Assembly (NCBI GenBank): GCA_031547085.1
Contig: JAVBSH010000064.1
Span: 7,707 to 71,706 of the forward strand
Reading direction: 5' to 3'
DNA: 64,000 nt
From: Bacteroidales bacterium
Lineage (GTDB): Bacteria > Bacteroidota > Bacteroidia > Bacteroidales > UBA4181
The notes under the pieces are model-generated. The model was not told the origin of the DNA and made no database searches. It saw nothing but the letters and a program-made list of their open reading frames with translations. Position 1 is the stretch's first letter. Each line of letters opens with the position of its first letter. The position numbers and the translations under genes were made by a program. Below, one piece after another: positions 38,454 through 49,500 of the stretch.

Positions 38454-40031
38454 ATGAGCCAGCTGGAGAAAAGGGAAGTACGGTATTTCAATACCACCGG
38501 ACCATGCAACCCGGAGGAGCATTACATGCTGGATGCGGAAGAACGCTTGGTTGGAGCGCAATTGCACCGCTATATCAGCGATAAGCTCTATTGGGTACTC
38601 CATGCTCCTCGCCAAACGGGGAAAACCACTTTCCTGAAAAGTTGGATGCGCGAAATCAATTCGGGTGACGAAGCCATCGCCTGTTATGTGAGCGTGGAGG
38701 ATTGCCAGGGCATCACCTCCGAAGAGGATGCGATGCTGACGCTCTACCGGGATATATACGACCATGCCAAGTTTGCAGGATTGCCGATACCCGAAATGAA
38801 TCTTGACACCACACAAGGACTTCTACGAAGCACGTTAATGCGTTGGGCTGAATTGGTGGCACCCAAGTCGTTGGTCGTACTCTTCGATGAGGTAGATGTG
38901 TTGCAAGGCGCACCGTTGATCAGTTTTCTGCGACAGCTACGTGGCGGGTTCGCCTCGCGTGGCGTTGGCTCTTTCCCTGTTTCGATTGCATTGGTGGGTA
39001 TGCGCGATCTGAAGGATTATATTACAGCCGCTAAAGAAGGTATTCCACCTAATCCCGGTTCGCCATTCAACATCAAGGCTGATTCTGCGACATTGTCCAA
39101 TTTTAGCAGAAACGATATTGCGAAACTTTTTGCACAACGGACGAAAGAAACCGGACAAGAAATTACGCAAGAGGCGTTGGATTATGTTTACGTGCAATCA
39201 AAAGGTCAACCATGGATTGTCAATTCGCTTTTTATGCGGGCAACACTTCGCATATTGGACATGGAAAGCCGCGAAACTGTGACGCTTGAACACGTCATTC
39301 AGGCACGTGAACAGATGATCATGGCCCGCGAAACACATTTGGACGCTTTGGGCGAACGCTTGCGCGACCCAAGAATCAAACAGGTGATTGAAACCATTTT
39401 GACCGGAGAACCAGACCCTACGATGGCCGAAGGTGACGCATTCCGCCTGTGTCTCGACTTGGGCTTGGTTACCATCGAAAACGGCACTCCCTGCATTGCC
39501 AATCCTATTTACCGCGAAATATTGGCACGATATCTCACCTACAGCCTGCAATTAGCCATTCCTGCACCTGATTGGAAATGGCAAAAATCCGACGGTTCAT
39601 TGGATATGGAACAACTGTTGAAGGAATTCCAGAAATTCTGGCGACGTCATTCCGAATTGTGGGAACAAAAATCGGATTACACCGAGGCTTTCCCACACCT
39701 GCTGCTGATGGCTTTCCTGCAAAGGGTGATCAACGGCGGGGGACATATCGAACGCGAATATGCGGCAGGCCGTGGCCGTATGGACCTGGCCATAGAATAC
39801 CACGGACGGTGGAACATCATAGAAATAAAATTAGTGCATAGTTATGACAGTTTTGAAACGGTTGCGGAAGAAGGTTTGGAACAGGTCAAAAGATACCGAG
39901 ATAAGATCGACCAGACGGCAACCGCTTACCTGGTAATTTTCGATCGACGTCCTGAAACCAGGCAAAAACCGTGGAATGAACGCTTGAAATGGCTCACAGC
40001 AGACGATCGTGTAACAATTGTGGTTTGTTAA
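38454..40031 (+). CDS. AAA-like ATPase with C-terminal PD-(D/E)XK nuclease-like domain
   Basis: FNTTGPC, APRQTGKTT (Walker A), VVLFDEVD (Walker B), GRGRMDL..IIEIK. Confidence 0.85.
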   Translation: MSQLEKREVRYFNTTGPCNPEEHYMLDAEERLVGAQLHRYISDKLYWVLHAPRQTGKTTFLKSWMREINSGDEAIACYVSVEDCQGITSEEDAMLTLYRDIYDHAKFAGLPIPEMNLDTTQGLLRSTLMRWAELVAPKSLVVLFDEVDVLQGAPLISFLRQLRGGFASRGVGSFPVSIALVGMRDLKDYITAAKEGIPPNPGSPFNIKADSATLSNFSRNDIAKLFAQRTKETGQEITQEALDYVYVQSKGQPWIVNSLFMRATLRILDMESRETVTLEHVIQAREQMIMARETHLDALGERLRDPRIKQVIETILTGEPDPTMAEGDAFRLCLDLGLVTIENGTPCIANPIYREILARYLTYSLQLAIPAPDWKWQKSDGSLDMEQLLKEFQKFWRRHSELWEQKSDYTEAFPHLLLMAFLQRVINGGGHIEREYAAGRGRMDLAIEYHGRWNIIEIKLVHSYDSFETVAEEGLEQVKRYRDKIDQTATAYLVIFDRRPETRQKPWNERLKWLTADDRVTIVVC

Positions 40032-40043
40032 AATATTGAAAAC

Positions 40044-41336
40044 ATGCTTTTATTAAAAAAAACATTATTAGCATCGGCCTTAATTTTTGGTCAATTATCT
40101 TTGATCTACGGACAATTACGTTTCGATGACTATTTCGAGCCGAAAACGCTCCGTTTCGATTTTTACTTAGCCGGTAATGCCGATCAGCAGAATATATATG
40201 TAGATTGTTTCCGCGAAGAACCGCAGTGGGGAGGTCCGCTCACACATCTTACCGACAATCCCGACTACGGGGAATATTGTTATCGTGTATACGACGAAGT
40301 ATCAGGAAAGCTGATCTATAGCAAAGGATTCTGTTCGTTATTCCAGGAATGGCGTACCACTGATGAAGCAAAGACGATCAACCGATCGTACAGTCAAGTG
40401 ATTGCGATACCATACCCCAAAAAGGACATCCGATTGGAAGTCCTGGCACGGAGCTACGCGACAGGAAAGTTCGAACCTTTGTTCCAAACCACAGTCGACC
40501 CGAAAAGTATCTTCATCAACCGCGAAAAACGCCCCTCGTACCCGGTGACTAAGATTGTCGATAACGGAATCCCAGCCAAAAAAGTCGACTTGGTATTCGT
40601 TGCCGAAGGATATACAAAGGAAGAAATGGACAAATTCCGTAAAGACGCTGCTCGTTTTACCGATTTTCTTTTCCAAACAAAGCCCTATGATAGCCGGAAG
40701 AAGGATTTCAACGTGTGGGCGGTGGAATGCCCTTCGGAAGAATCGGGTGTAGACATTCCGGGGCAAGGTATCTGGAAGAACACAGCGCTGAAGTCGCATT
40801 TCTGGACTTTCGGTATCGACCGTTACCTCACAGCGCCCGATCTGGCGATTATCCGCGACAAAGTATGGAACGTACCCTGCGACGCAGTGTTTGTCATTGT
40901 CAACTCCGAGAAATACGGTGGTGGCGGCATCTACAATTATTACGGACTTGGAACTGCCGGTCACGAATTGAGTTGTGTCGTGTTTGTCCACGAGTTCGGA
41001 CATTCGTTCGCCGGGTTGGCCGACGAATATTTCAGTTCCGAAGTGGCCTACAACGATTTCTACAACCTGAAAACCGAACCGTGGGAACCAAATATCACCA
41101 CACTGGTTGACTTTGGAGCCAAATGGAAAGATATGCTGCCCGCCGGAACACCTGTCCCGACGCCGGACACCAAGGAAAACGAAACCAAGGTAGGCGTGTA
41201 TGAAGGCGGCGGATATGTGACCAAAGGCGTCTACCGACCGATGATCAACTGCCGCATGCGCAGCAATCATTCGGATTTCTGCCCGGTATGCCAGCGTGCC
41301 ATTAGCAGGATGATTGATTGGAGTATTGATAAATAA
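40044..41336 (+). CDS. Peptidase M64 (IgA-peptidase family)
   Basis: Signal peptide, KTLRFDF, VAEGYT, HEFGHSFAGLADEY, CRMRS..FCPVC. Confidence 0.92.
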   Translation: MLLLKKTLLASALIFGQLSLIYGQLRFDDYFEPKTLRFDFYLAGNADQQNIYVDCFREEPQWGGPLTHLTDNPDYGEYCYRVYDEVSGKLIYSKGFCSLFQEWRTTDEAKTINRSYSQVIAIPYPKKDIRLEVLARSYATGKFEPLFQTTVDPKSIFINREKRPSYPVTKIVDNGIPAKKVDLVFVAEGYTKEEMDKFRKDAARFTDFLFQTKPYDSRKKDFNVWAVECPSEESGVDIPGQGIWKNTALKSHFWTFGIDRYLTAPDLAIIRDKVWNVPCDAVFVIVNSEKYGGGGIYNYYGLGTAGHELSCVVFVHEFGHSFAGLADEYFSSEVAYNDFYNLKTEPWEPNITTLVDFGAKWKDMLPAGTPVPTPDTKENETKVGVYEGGGYVTKGVYRPMINCRMRSNHSDFCPVCQRAISRMIDWSIDK

Positions 41337-41445
41337 AATTTCGAGTTTGAAGTTTAAAGTTTGCCTTTCGGCGAGCTCGCCAGTTCGGTTCAAGTTGGGC
41401 AAAACCTTGTTTTCCAGAAAATAGTAACAAAATAGCCATTAATTC

Positions 41446-43272
41446 ATGAAGCCTTTTTTTCGTTTGCTCAGTTTTGCCAAGCCTTACGGACGATATTGGC
41501 CTAAGTATGCCGTGTTTACTCTAATTGCTGCGGTAATGGGCACAGTTAATTTCGTATTGATTATTCCGGTAATGAAGGTACTATTTGAAGGTAATTCGGC
41601 AATTGTTGCAGAAAAGCCTCTAATGACAGAGGGATTTATCAAATATTGCATCGACATGTATAATTACTATTTATCTAATTTTACGGTGCAATATGGTCCT
41701 AAAGGAGCTCTTATTTTTGTGATTTTGATACTTTTAGGTGCTTCGTTACTGGCCAATCTTTTTAGTTATTTGTCGCAACGGACACTCACATCGCTGCGCA
41801 CCAATGTTGTACGCAACATTCGTAAAGCAATCTATGACAAGATATGCAGTTTTAATGTCGGTTATTTTCAGGATAAACGTAAAGGAGATATCTTATCGAG
41901 TGTTTCGGGAGATGTTGCTGAAGTGCAGGGATCAGTAGTCAATTCATTTCAAGTATTGTTTCGCGAACCACTGATGATCATCATTACGATGGGAGCACTT
42001 TTTATGATGTCGTACCGGTTAACATTCTTTACCTTACTTGCTTTACCGGTTGTTTCCTTGCTCATCGGAAGGCTGATCAAAAAACTCCGTACACATGCCA
42101 AAGAAAGCCAGAGTATCATGGGGCAAATTGTCAGTGTATTTGAAGAGACCATTTCAGGTATCAAAATCATCAAGGCATTTAATGCAGAAAAACAAATGAC
42201 TGACAAGTTTGACCGGATGAATAATAGACACAGGCTTGTTAACAAAAAAATTATGAACCGGATTGAAACCGCTACACCTCTTTCCGAATTTTTAGGTGTG
42301 AGCATTGTTGCCTGCATCATTTTTTATGCCGGTATGCTTCAAATCAATGGTAAGTTGGGAATGACGATGGAGGTTTTCATCGGATATATTGCCATGTATT
42401 ATCGGGTAATAGCACCTGCAAAGGCTTTGGGTAATGCCTACGGTAATATCCAGCGTGGTCTGGCTTCCGGCCAACGCATCTTTGCCATATTGGATCAGGA
42501 AAATGAAATTACGGAAATAGCCAATCCCGTTCCGATCAGCAAATTCAATGAAAATATTGATTTCCGTGATGTAACGTTCCGTTACGGAGCTGAGCCGGTA
42601 TTGCACAATATCAACCTAACCATCCCCAAAGGTAAAATGTATGCTCTGGTGGGGCATTCGGGTGCAGGCAAATCGACCATAGCCGACCTGATTCCTCGTT
42701 TTTATGATGTAACGAAAGGCGAATTGTGTATCGATAGTGTTAACATCAAAGATTACAAGCTTGATGACCTAATCGACCTGATGGGCATTGTTACGCAAGA
42801 ACCAGTGTTGTTCAACGATACCGTATTCAATAATATCGCTTTTGGGATGAGCAATGTGAACGAGGAGCAGGTGATCGCTGCCGCCAAGATTGCCAATGCC
42901 GACGAGTTCATTGTCAATCTCGACGAAGGATATTACACCAACATTGGTGACCGCGGCATGCGGTTGTCGGGCGGCCAACGCCAACGCATCGCCATTGCAC
43001 GCGCTGTGCTGAAAAACCCGCCTATACTGATCCTTGACGAAGCCACCTCGGCGCTCGATACCGAATCGGAACGATTAGTGCAGGATGCCCTCACCAAGCT
43101 GATGGCTAACCGTACCTCCATCGTTATTGCCCACCGGCTAAGTACCATCAAGCATGCCGACTGTATCTGCGTGCTCGAAAACGGACACATTGTGGAGCAA
43201 GGCACACATGATGAACTGATTGCCATCAACAATGGAATTTATAAATATCTGCACTCGCTGCAAGTAAAATAA
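41446..43272 (+). CDS. ABC transporter ATP-binding/permease (MsbA-like)
   Basis: TM domain, GHSGAGKST, LSGGQRQR, ILDEATSALD. Confidence 0.93.
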   Translation: MKPFFRLLSFAKPYGRYWPKYAVFTLIAAVMGTVNFVLIIPVMKVLFEGNSAIVAEKPLMTEGFIKYCIDMYNYYLSNFTVQYGPKGALIFVILILLGASLLANLFSYLSQRTLTSLRTNVVRNIRKAIYDKICSFNVGYFQDKRKGDILSSVSGDVAEVQGSVVNSFQVLFREPLMIIITMGALFMMSYRLTFFTLLALPVVSLLIGRLIKKLRTHAKESQSIMGQIVSVFEETISGIKIIKAFNAEKQMTDKFDRMNNRHRLVNKKIMNRIETATPLSEFLGVSIVACIIFYAGMLQINGKLGMTMEVFIGYIAMYYRVIAPAKALGNAYGNIQRGLASGQRIFAILDQENEITEIANPVPISKFNENIDFRDVTFRYGAEPVLHNINLTIPKGKMYALVGHSGAGKSTIADLIPRFYDVTKGELCIDSVNIKDYKLDDLIDLMGIVTQEPVLFNDTVFNNIAFGMSNVNEEQVIAAAKIANADEFIVNLDEGYYTNIGDRGMRLSGGQRQRIAIARAVLKNPPILILDEATSALDTESERLVQDALTKLMANRTSIVIAHRLSTIKHADCICVLENGHIVEQGTHDELIAINNGIYKYLHSLQVK

Positions 43273-43280
43273 TTGCGTTC

Positions 43281-43360
43281 GTAACGTTGGAACGTCTATA
43301 ACGTTTGTAACGTTATTTGCATTTTACACGTTATGAACGTTTCAACGTTATAAACGTTAT
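43281..43360. repeat. Array of ~9-mer aacgtt palindromic units
   Basis: About eight aacgt(t) units between the ABC transporter and MazG genes. Confidence 0.7.
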
Positions 43361-43697
43361 GACGATAAGTCAAGCACAACATACGGTAGACGAATGGATA
43401 CGACGCTACGGCGTTCGTTATTTCAACGAGCTGACCAATATGGCTATCCTTACTGAAGAAGTGGGCGAAGTGGCGCGAATCATTGCCCGGCGCTATGGTG
43501 AACAATCGGAAAAACCATCCGACAAGGAAAAGAATCTTGCGGACGAGCTTGCCGATGTATTGTTCGTGGTTATTTGCCTTGCCAACCAGACAGGTATCGA
43601 TCTTACGGAAGCATTGCAGCGCAACCTTGAAAAGAAAACCGCCCGTGATATGGAACGACACCAAGACAACAACAAACTCAAAACGGACAACCAGTGA
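43359..43697 (+). CDS. MazG-type nucleotide pyrophosphohydrolase (YpjD-like)
   Basis: YFNELTNMAILTEEVGEVARII, ADELADV. Confidence 0.9.
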   Translation: MTISQAQHTVDEWIRRYGVRYFNELTNMAILTEEVGEVARIIARRYGEQSEKPSDKEKNLADELADVLFVVICLANQTGIDLTEALQRNLEKKTARDMERHQDNNKLKTDNQ

Positions 43698-46168
43698 TTT
43701 ACCCGGATAATTTCGAAGAGAAGATTGGCTTTACGCGCATCCGCGAATGGTTGAAAGACTTGTGCATATCGCCGCTGGGAAGTCAAAGAGTGGATGAAAT
43801 GAAGTTCCTTACTTCGTTCGAGGCCATCGACGTGTTGACGGGGCAAACAGCCGAACTCCGCACCATCTGCCTGATGGAAGCGGGTTTCCCGGTACACGAT
43901 TATTTCGATGTAACACCTATGTTCCAAAATATAGCGATACCAGGCACTTTCCCGAATGTGGAAGATGTATTCGCTTTGAAGAAATCGCTGGAGACCATCC
44001 GTGATATCCTTACCTTTTTCCGTGGTAAGGGCGACGAATATCCACTACTGCGAAGCCTGATGGGCGATGTGGGTTATTTTCCCGACATTGTCAAGGCCAT
44101 TGACCGGATACTTGACCACCAGGGACACGTCCGTGACAACGCTTCGCCCGAACTGGCCGCTATCCGTCGTTCGATTTCCGAGAAGCAGGCAACAGTGTCG
44201 CGTACCATGCAGCGTATCATCAAACAAGCCCAGGCCGATGGGCTGGTAGATGAAGGTGTCGCTCCCGCTATCCGTGACGGACGGACGGTTATTCCCGTTA
44301 ATTCGTCATTCAAACGGAAGATCAACGGTATCGTGCACGATGAATCGGCTACCGGACGGACGTCGTACATTGAACCTGCCGAGGTAGTAGCAGTTAACAA
44401 TGCCATCCGCGAGCTTTATTTTGCGGAGCAACGCGAGATCGTGCGCATCCTTACTGCGTTTGCCGACCTGTTGCGTCCACACCTCGACGACCTGTATTCG
44501 GCCTTCGACTTCCTTGGAAGTATTGACTTCATCCGCGCCAAGGCATTACTGGCGCTGAAACAAAATGCCATCAAACCGGTATTTTCACCACAACAGGCCT
44601 TCGAATGGCGACGGGCCGTACACCCGGTGATGTACCTCAACTTCAGGAAAGAAAACCGCGAGGTGGTGCCGTTAGATATCCGCCTGACGGCCGACGAGCG
44701 TATCCTGCTGATATCGGGTCCCAATGCCGGGGGAAAAAGCGTATGCCTGAAAACTGTCGGACTGGTACAATACATGTTCCAGTGCGGCATGCTGGCTCCG
44801 ATGTCCGAAAACTCAGAAATGGGATTGTTCGAATCCATCTGCATTGATATCGGCGACGAACAGTCCATCGACAATGACCTGAGCACTTACAGTTCGCACC
44901 TGCTCAATATGAAGCAGTTTGTGCGTCTTGCCGGGCCGCGGACATTGGTGTTGATCGACGAATTCGGTTCGGGTACGGAACCTATCATCGGTGGAGCTAT
45001 TGCCGAGGCTATTCTTGCCAACATCAATGCGAAAGAGATATGGGGTGTTATCACCACACATTACAGCAACCTGAAACATTACGCGTCGTCTACCAGTGGC
45101 ATCGTGAACGGCGCCATGCTGTATGACAGCCACCAGATGCAGCCTCTGTTCCGCCTCGAAATGGGTAAACCCGGAAGTTCGTTTGCTTTCGAAATTGCCC
45201 GGAAAATAGGCCTCCCGGAAGAAATCCTTTCCGAAGCAGCCGACAAAGCAGGACACCAGCATATCGACTTTGAGAAACACCTTCGCGAAATAGAACGCGA
45301 CAAACGTTACTGGGAACGCAAACGCGAGGATGTCCGCCGACACGAGAAACGGTTAGACGAGATTTCCTCCAAACAGTTGACCGAACTGGAAAAGATCGAG
45401 AAGGAACGTAAAGCGATCATCGAGAATGCCCGCAAGGAAGCGCAACAGATACTGTCAGATACCAATCGTATCATCGAAAATACGATCCGCACCATCAAGG
45501 AAAATCAGGCAGAGAAGGAAACGACGAAAGTGGTTCGCAAGGAGTTGGAAACCTTTAAGGAAAAAGCGGAACAACAAAAGAGCGACGAGGAAGAACGTAT
45601 CCTCCGTAAGATCGCCCAGTTGAAGGAACGCGAAAAGAGACGCGCCGAAAAGAAAGACCAGGAACCCAAGGAACAACCCCAACCCGAAGAAAAAATTGTG
45701 GACAAGGTGATCCGAAAAGGCGATACCGTTCGGTTAGACGGGCAGGACACCACAGGCGAGGTGATGGAAATCAATGGAAAAAACGTCTCTGTGGCATTTG
45801 GAAACCTGCTGAGCACCGTAGCTGCCGACCGGTTGGTAAAAATATCGAAGATCGAATACAAGAAACAACGTACGCACAACGCCCCAACGGTACAGGTATA
45901 TAATGTGGGCGAACGCCGCCTGCGGTTCAAGTCGCACATCGACGTGCGCGGAATGCGCACCGAAGAAGCCATTCCCAAGGTGGAGGAATTAGTGGACGAA
46001 GCATCGATGCTCAACATTGGCGAAGTACGTATCCTGCACGGCAAAGGTAACGGTATCCTCCGGCAGATGATCCGCGAATACCTGCGCACCTCGCCCGTAG
46101 TGGAATCTTATGATGATGAAAATATCCAACAGGGCGGAAACGGAATCACAGTGGTGAAGATGAAATAA
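43694..46168 (+). CDS. mutS2: Endonuclease MutS2
   Basis: HDESATG, SGPNAGGKS, IGDEQSI, DEFGSGT, C-terminal Smr domain (DVRG..ILHGKGNG). Confidence 0.95.
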   Translation: MIYPDNFEEKIGFTRIREWLKDLCISPLGSQRVDEMKFLTSFEAIDVLTGQTAELRTICLMEAGFPVHDYFDVTPMFQNIAIPGTFPNVEDVFALKKSLETIRDILTFFRGKGDEYPLLRSLMGDVGYFPDIVKAIDRILDHQGHVRDNASPELAAIRRSISEKQATVSRTMQRIIKQAQADGLVDEGVAPAIRDGRTVIPVNSSFKRKINGIVHDESATGRTSYIEPAEVVAVNNAIRELYFAEQREIVRILTAFADLLRPHLDDLYSAFDFLGSIDFIRAKALLALKQNAIKPVFSPQQAFEWRRAVHPVMYLNFRKENREVVPLDIRLTADERILLISGPNAGGKSVCLKTVGLVQYMFQCGMLAPMSENSEMGLFESICIDIGDEQSIDNDLSTYSSHLLNMKQFVRLAGPRTLVLIDEFGSGTEPIIGGAIAEAILANINAKEIWGVITTHYSNLKHYASSTSGIVNGAMLYDSHQMQPLFRLEMGKPGSSFAFEIARKIGLPEEILSEAADKAGHQHIDFEKHLREIERDKRYWERKREDVRRHEKRLDEISSKQLTELEKIEKERKAIIENARKEAQQILSDTNRIIENTIRTIKENQAEKETTKVVRKELETFKEKAEQQKSDEEERILRKIAQLKEREKRRAEKKDQEPKEQPQPEEKIVDKVIRKGDTVRLDGQDTTGEVMEINGKNVSVAFGNLLSTVAADRLVKISKIEYKKQRTHNAPTVQVYNVGERRLRFKSHIDVRGMRTEEAIPKVEELVDEASMLNIGEVRILHGKGNGILRQMIREYLRTSPVVESYDDENIQQGGNGITVVKMK

Positions 46169-46170
46169 GT
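45912..46170 (+). repeat. Direct repeat copy 1 (mutS2 3' end)
   Basis: 259 bp, 14 mismatches versus 52916-53174. Confidence 0.95.
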
Positions 46171-46185
46171 AATTACTATTAACTG

Positions 46186-46218
46186 CTGGCTAAGTGCCTT
46201 GATCAGGCGCTTAGCCAG
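46186..46218. terminator. Stem-loop after mutS2
   Basis: ctggctaagtgcct/aggcgcttagccag; no clear U-tract. Confidence 0.5.
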
Positions 46219-46325
46219 AGATGCACACGAAAAGAAAAAGATGTAAGAAAAAAACATACTTTTTAAAACATCTTTCAATTTATTTCATACTTTTGTGGAC
46301 GATCTTGTTGCATTTATCAAAAAAA

Positions 46326-46490
46326 ATGAGTATGAAATAAATTTATGCATTTGTTCTGTCGTTTCCATTGCTTTAGACAGCAGTACTATATACGGTCAGG
46401 AAAAGAAATCGAAAAAACAACGTGAGGCGGAATAAGCCGAAAATGACCTGGCAACTTATTGATGCGCAACACTTTCATTTTTTTGAACAT
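46326..46490 (+). pseudogene. Decayed remnant of an exported protein (DUF4251-like N-terminus)
   Basis: Follows a TACTTTTG box at 46288; fragments read signal-like, then YGQEKKSKKQREAE* and QLIDAQHFHF, with stops and frameshifts. Confidence 0.4.
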
Positions 46491-46565
46491 TCCTTTCAAA
46501 AAATGAATTTCAGACAACTTATAAACTTATTGTAACAAAAGGTAGTAACTTAAAATTATACGAGC

Positions 46566-49500
46566 ATGAAAACACAATTTGTCTTTCGGAAAGAAAGTAT
46601 AAGAATACTTACAAGTATTATATGTGTAGTGATTTCGTTTGCAGCTTTGGCTCAAAATACATCACTTCCTGTTGGCGTAATGGAAGGAGCGATGGATGTA
46701 ACACCCAGTGGCGCATTAGCGTATTCTGTAAAAATTAAAATGCCGCCAATTAAAATCCCCTTACAGTCCGACCTGTCTACTGTATAGTTTATAATTCTCA
46801 AACAGGTAGTGGAATTATGGGACAAGGTTTTGAAATTAATGGTTTATCTGGCATTGTGGTTGGTTCTAAAAATTTCTATTCACACGGAGTGAATGAACCG
46901 GTATCTCTACAACCAAATGGAGAATATATTTTAGATGGGAATCCGCTAGTATTAATAAGTGGGAATCAGGGATGTAATGGTTCTGTTTATAGAACGGAAA
47001 ATGAAATATATTCACAAATAACATCTTTCGGAAATAATATCAACAATCCTCAATATTTCAAATTAGAAACTAAAGGAGGTGTGATTTATGAATATGGCAA
47101 TAGTGGCGATTCCCGTATGGAAGCGGGAAATTCATCTAATACGATTATGTGGTGTTTGAATAAGGTAACAGATAAAAACGGCAATTACATTCGGTATCAT
47201 TATAACAAGAACAATGGAGAATCTTACATTAGTAAAATTGAATACGGAGGTAATCAAGATTTGAGTATTGTTCCATATTGTAACATTGAATTTGAATATA
47301 TTGAACGTACTGATAAAAATATTATTTACGTTGCTGGTTATGCAATTCCTCAAACAGTTTTGTTAAAGTCAATCAAGGTAAAGTCTGAAAAATCAGTATA
47401 CAGAGAATATAAATTGGATTACGCGACCGAATTTTATTCTCATCTTACAAAAATAACAGAATATGGTACGGATGGCACACATTTAAATCCAACAGAACTT
47501 ACTTGGGGTACATCAACCAATCAATTGACAACAAACGATATTGAAATATTTGGTGGAGATTTTAATTATTACCCCGGAGATTTCAATGGCGATGGAATAA
47601 CTGATTTTATTAAAGCACCAAAAGCACACAATTCTGCGAATAAAAAATGTTATTTATTTATTGGAAAACCTGATGGAAGTTTTATAGACATGGGAGAATT
47701 TCTGACTGTTGATGATTATTATAAAGGTTTTTATGTAAAAGATATTGACGGAGATGGAAAAGATGAAATATTTCTTCACAAAGGAACTACTGAAAATTCT
47801 TTGCTTTCAATCAATCCATCAGATGAACAATACATTTGTTATAAATATGACGGATCAGGTTTTATACAAAATAGCACTTTCAACATTAATACGCAAAGTA
47901 GATTTTTTTCGCGTGGTTCAGGTGCTTTCGCTCCTTACAGAGTTGAGACTCCTCAACTATTAATTTGTGATTTTATTGGTTCCGGACAAAATCAAACGAT
48001 GATATTATATCACAACAATACCTTTTATGCCTCATACGAACTTCCATTATCAACAAATCCAGCAGAACTCACATCTGCAAACCAAGTAATTCCTTGCGAT
48101 TTCAACGGGAACGGGAAGGTCAACCTTCTTGTGACTAAAGGAAATAATGCCAAAGTATTGGAATACAGCAGCACAATGTTAAAATTTGAAACAATTTATA
48201 ATTCGGATAATGTAATTACAAGTTCACACCGCATTATGGCAGGCGATTTTAACGGAGACGGCAAAACGGATTTACTTTTGTACAAAAGCAATGTCTGGAG
48301 TATTTTATATTCAACAGGAACCTCTTTTGTAAATTTAAACACCAACCCGATTACAAAAACCATAGATCCATTTGCCAACACTACTGATAATAACTACTTT
48401 ATAGCAGATATTAATGGAGACGGCAAGGAGGATATTATTGAAATGTATAAACTAAATACAACTACAACACAAGTAAACATCTACAACAGTAACGGCAGAA
48501 GTTTTGTTCCTGAAAGCCATTCTCTTTCTTTACAATATATAACGCGAGATTTTTTTACATTTTCAAACTTTGGAGGAGACTGTAAAAACAGAATGCTTTA
48601 TCATAGAAATGTAACCACAGAAAAATTAAAGACCATCTCTTTTCACAATAAGGAAAATAGGCATTTAATTAAACGAATTAAAGATGGGTTTGGACAAGTA
48701 TCCGAAATTAAATATAAGTTACTAACCGACGGAGGAGATTTTTATGAAAGGGGTGCAAACAGTACTTTTCCACTGATGGATATCCAATATCCATTTTACA
48801 CTGTATCAGAAGCCATATCACCGGATGGGATAGGTGGCTCAAATCATACAACCTATCAATACAAAAATGCACGTATTCACAGGCAAGGAAAAGGTTTTCT
48901 GGGCTTTGGAGAAGTTAAATCGTCAAATATAGAGCAGGGGATATATACTGTCAGTCAATTTGACGTCAACGAATACAATCATGTTGCGTTAAAAAAGAGG
49001 GAAAAAAGGACAACTAGTAACCAGTTAATTTCTGAATCCTCTTATACCAACAGTTATATATTCTTGGGCGGGAAGAGATATTTTCCATACATTTCAAAAA
49101 TTGTGGAATATGATGCCCTCAAAAATATTCATATGTATCTTGATTATGTATATGACCAGAATGGCAATCTTACTTATCAAACAAAATCTTATGATAATGG
49201 AGATAGTGAGACTGTATCAAATGAATACACACAAATATCATCATTTTGTCCTTCAAATATTACCAAAAAGACCACAACAAAAATTCGTTCGGGAGATTCT
49301 CCATATGCACGTACTATCACTTATCAATATGATTCAAGAGGAAGAATGAATGTACAGACAAATGATCCGCAAACATCCAAAAGCACTATAATAACCAATT
49401 CTTATAATGGTTTTGGGTATCTGACACAACAAATACTTTCAGCAACAGGTGAAGAGTCTCGAAAAAAAACGTTTGGATACAGCCCTGATGGTAAATACCT

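Noticed and set aside
40338..41402. 354-aa minus-strand ORF
   Set aside because: Antisense shadow of the M64 peptidase; the same applies to the many short ORFs opposite kdp, sulfatase, Hsp70 and mutS2 genes
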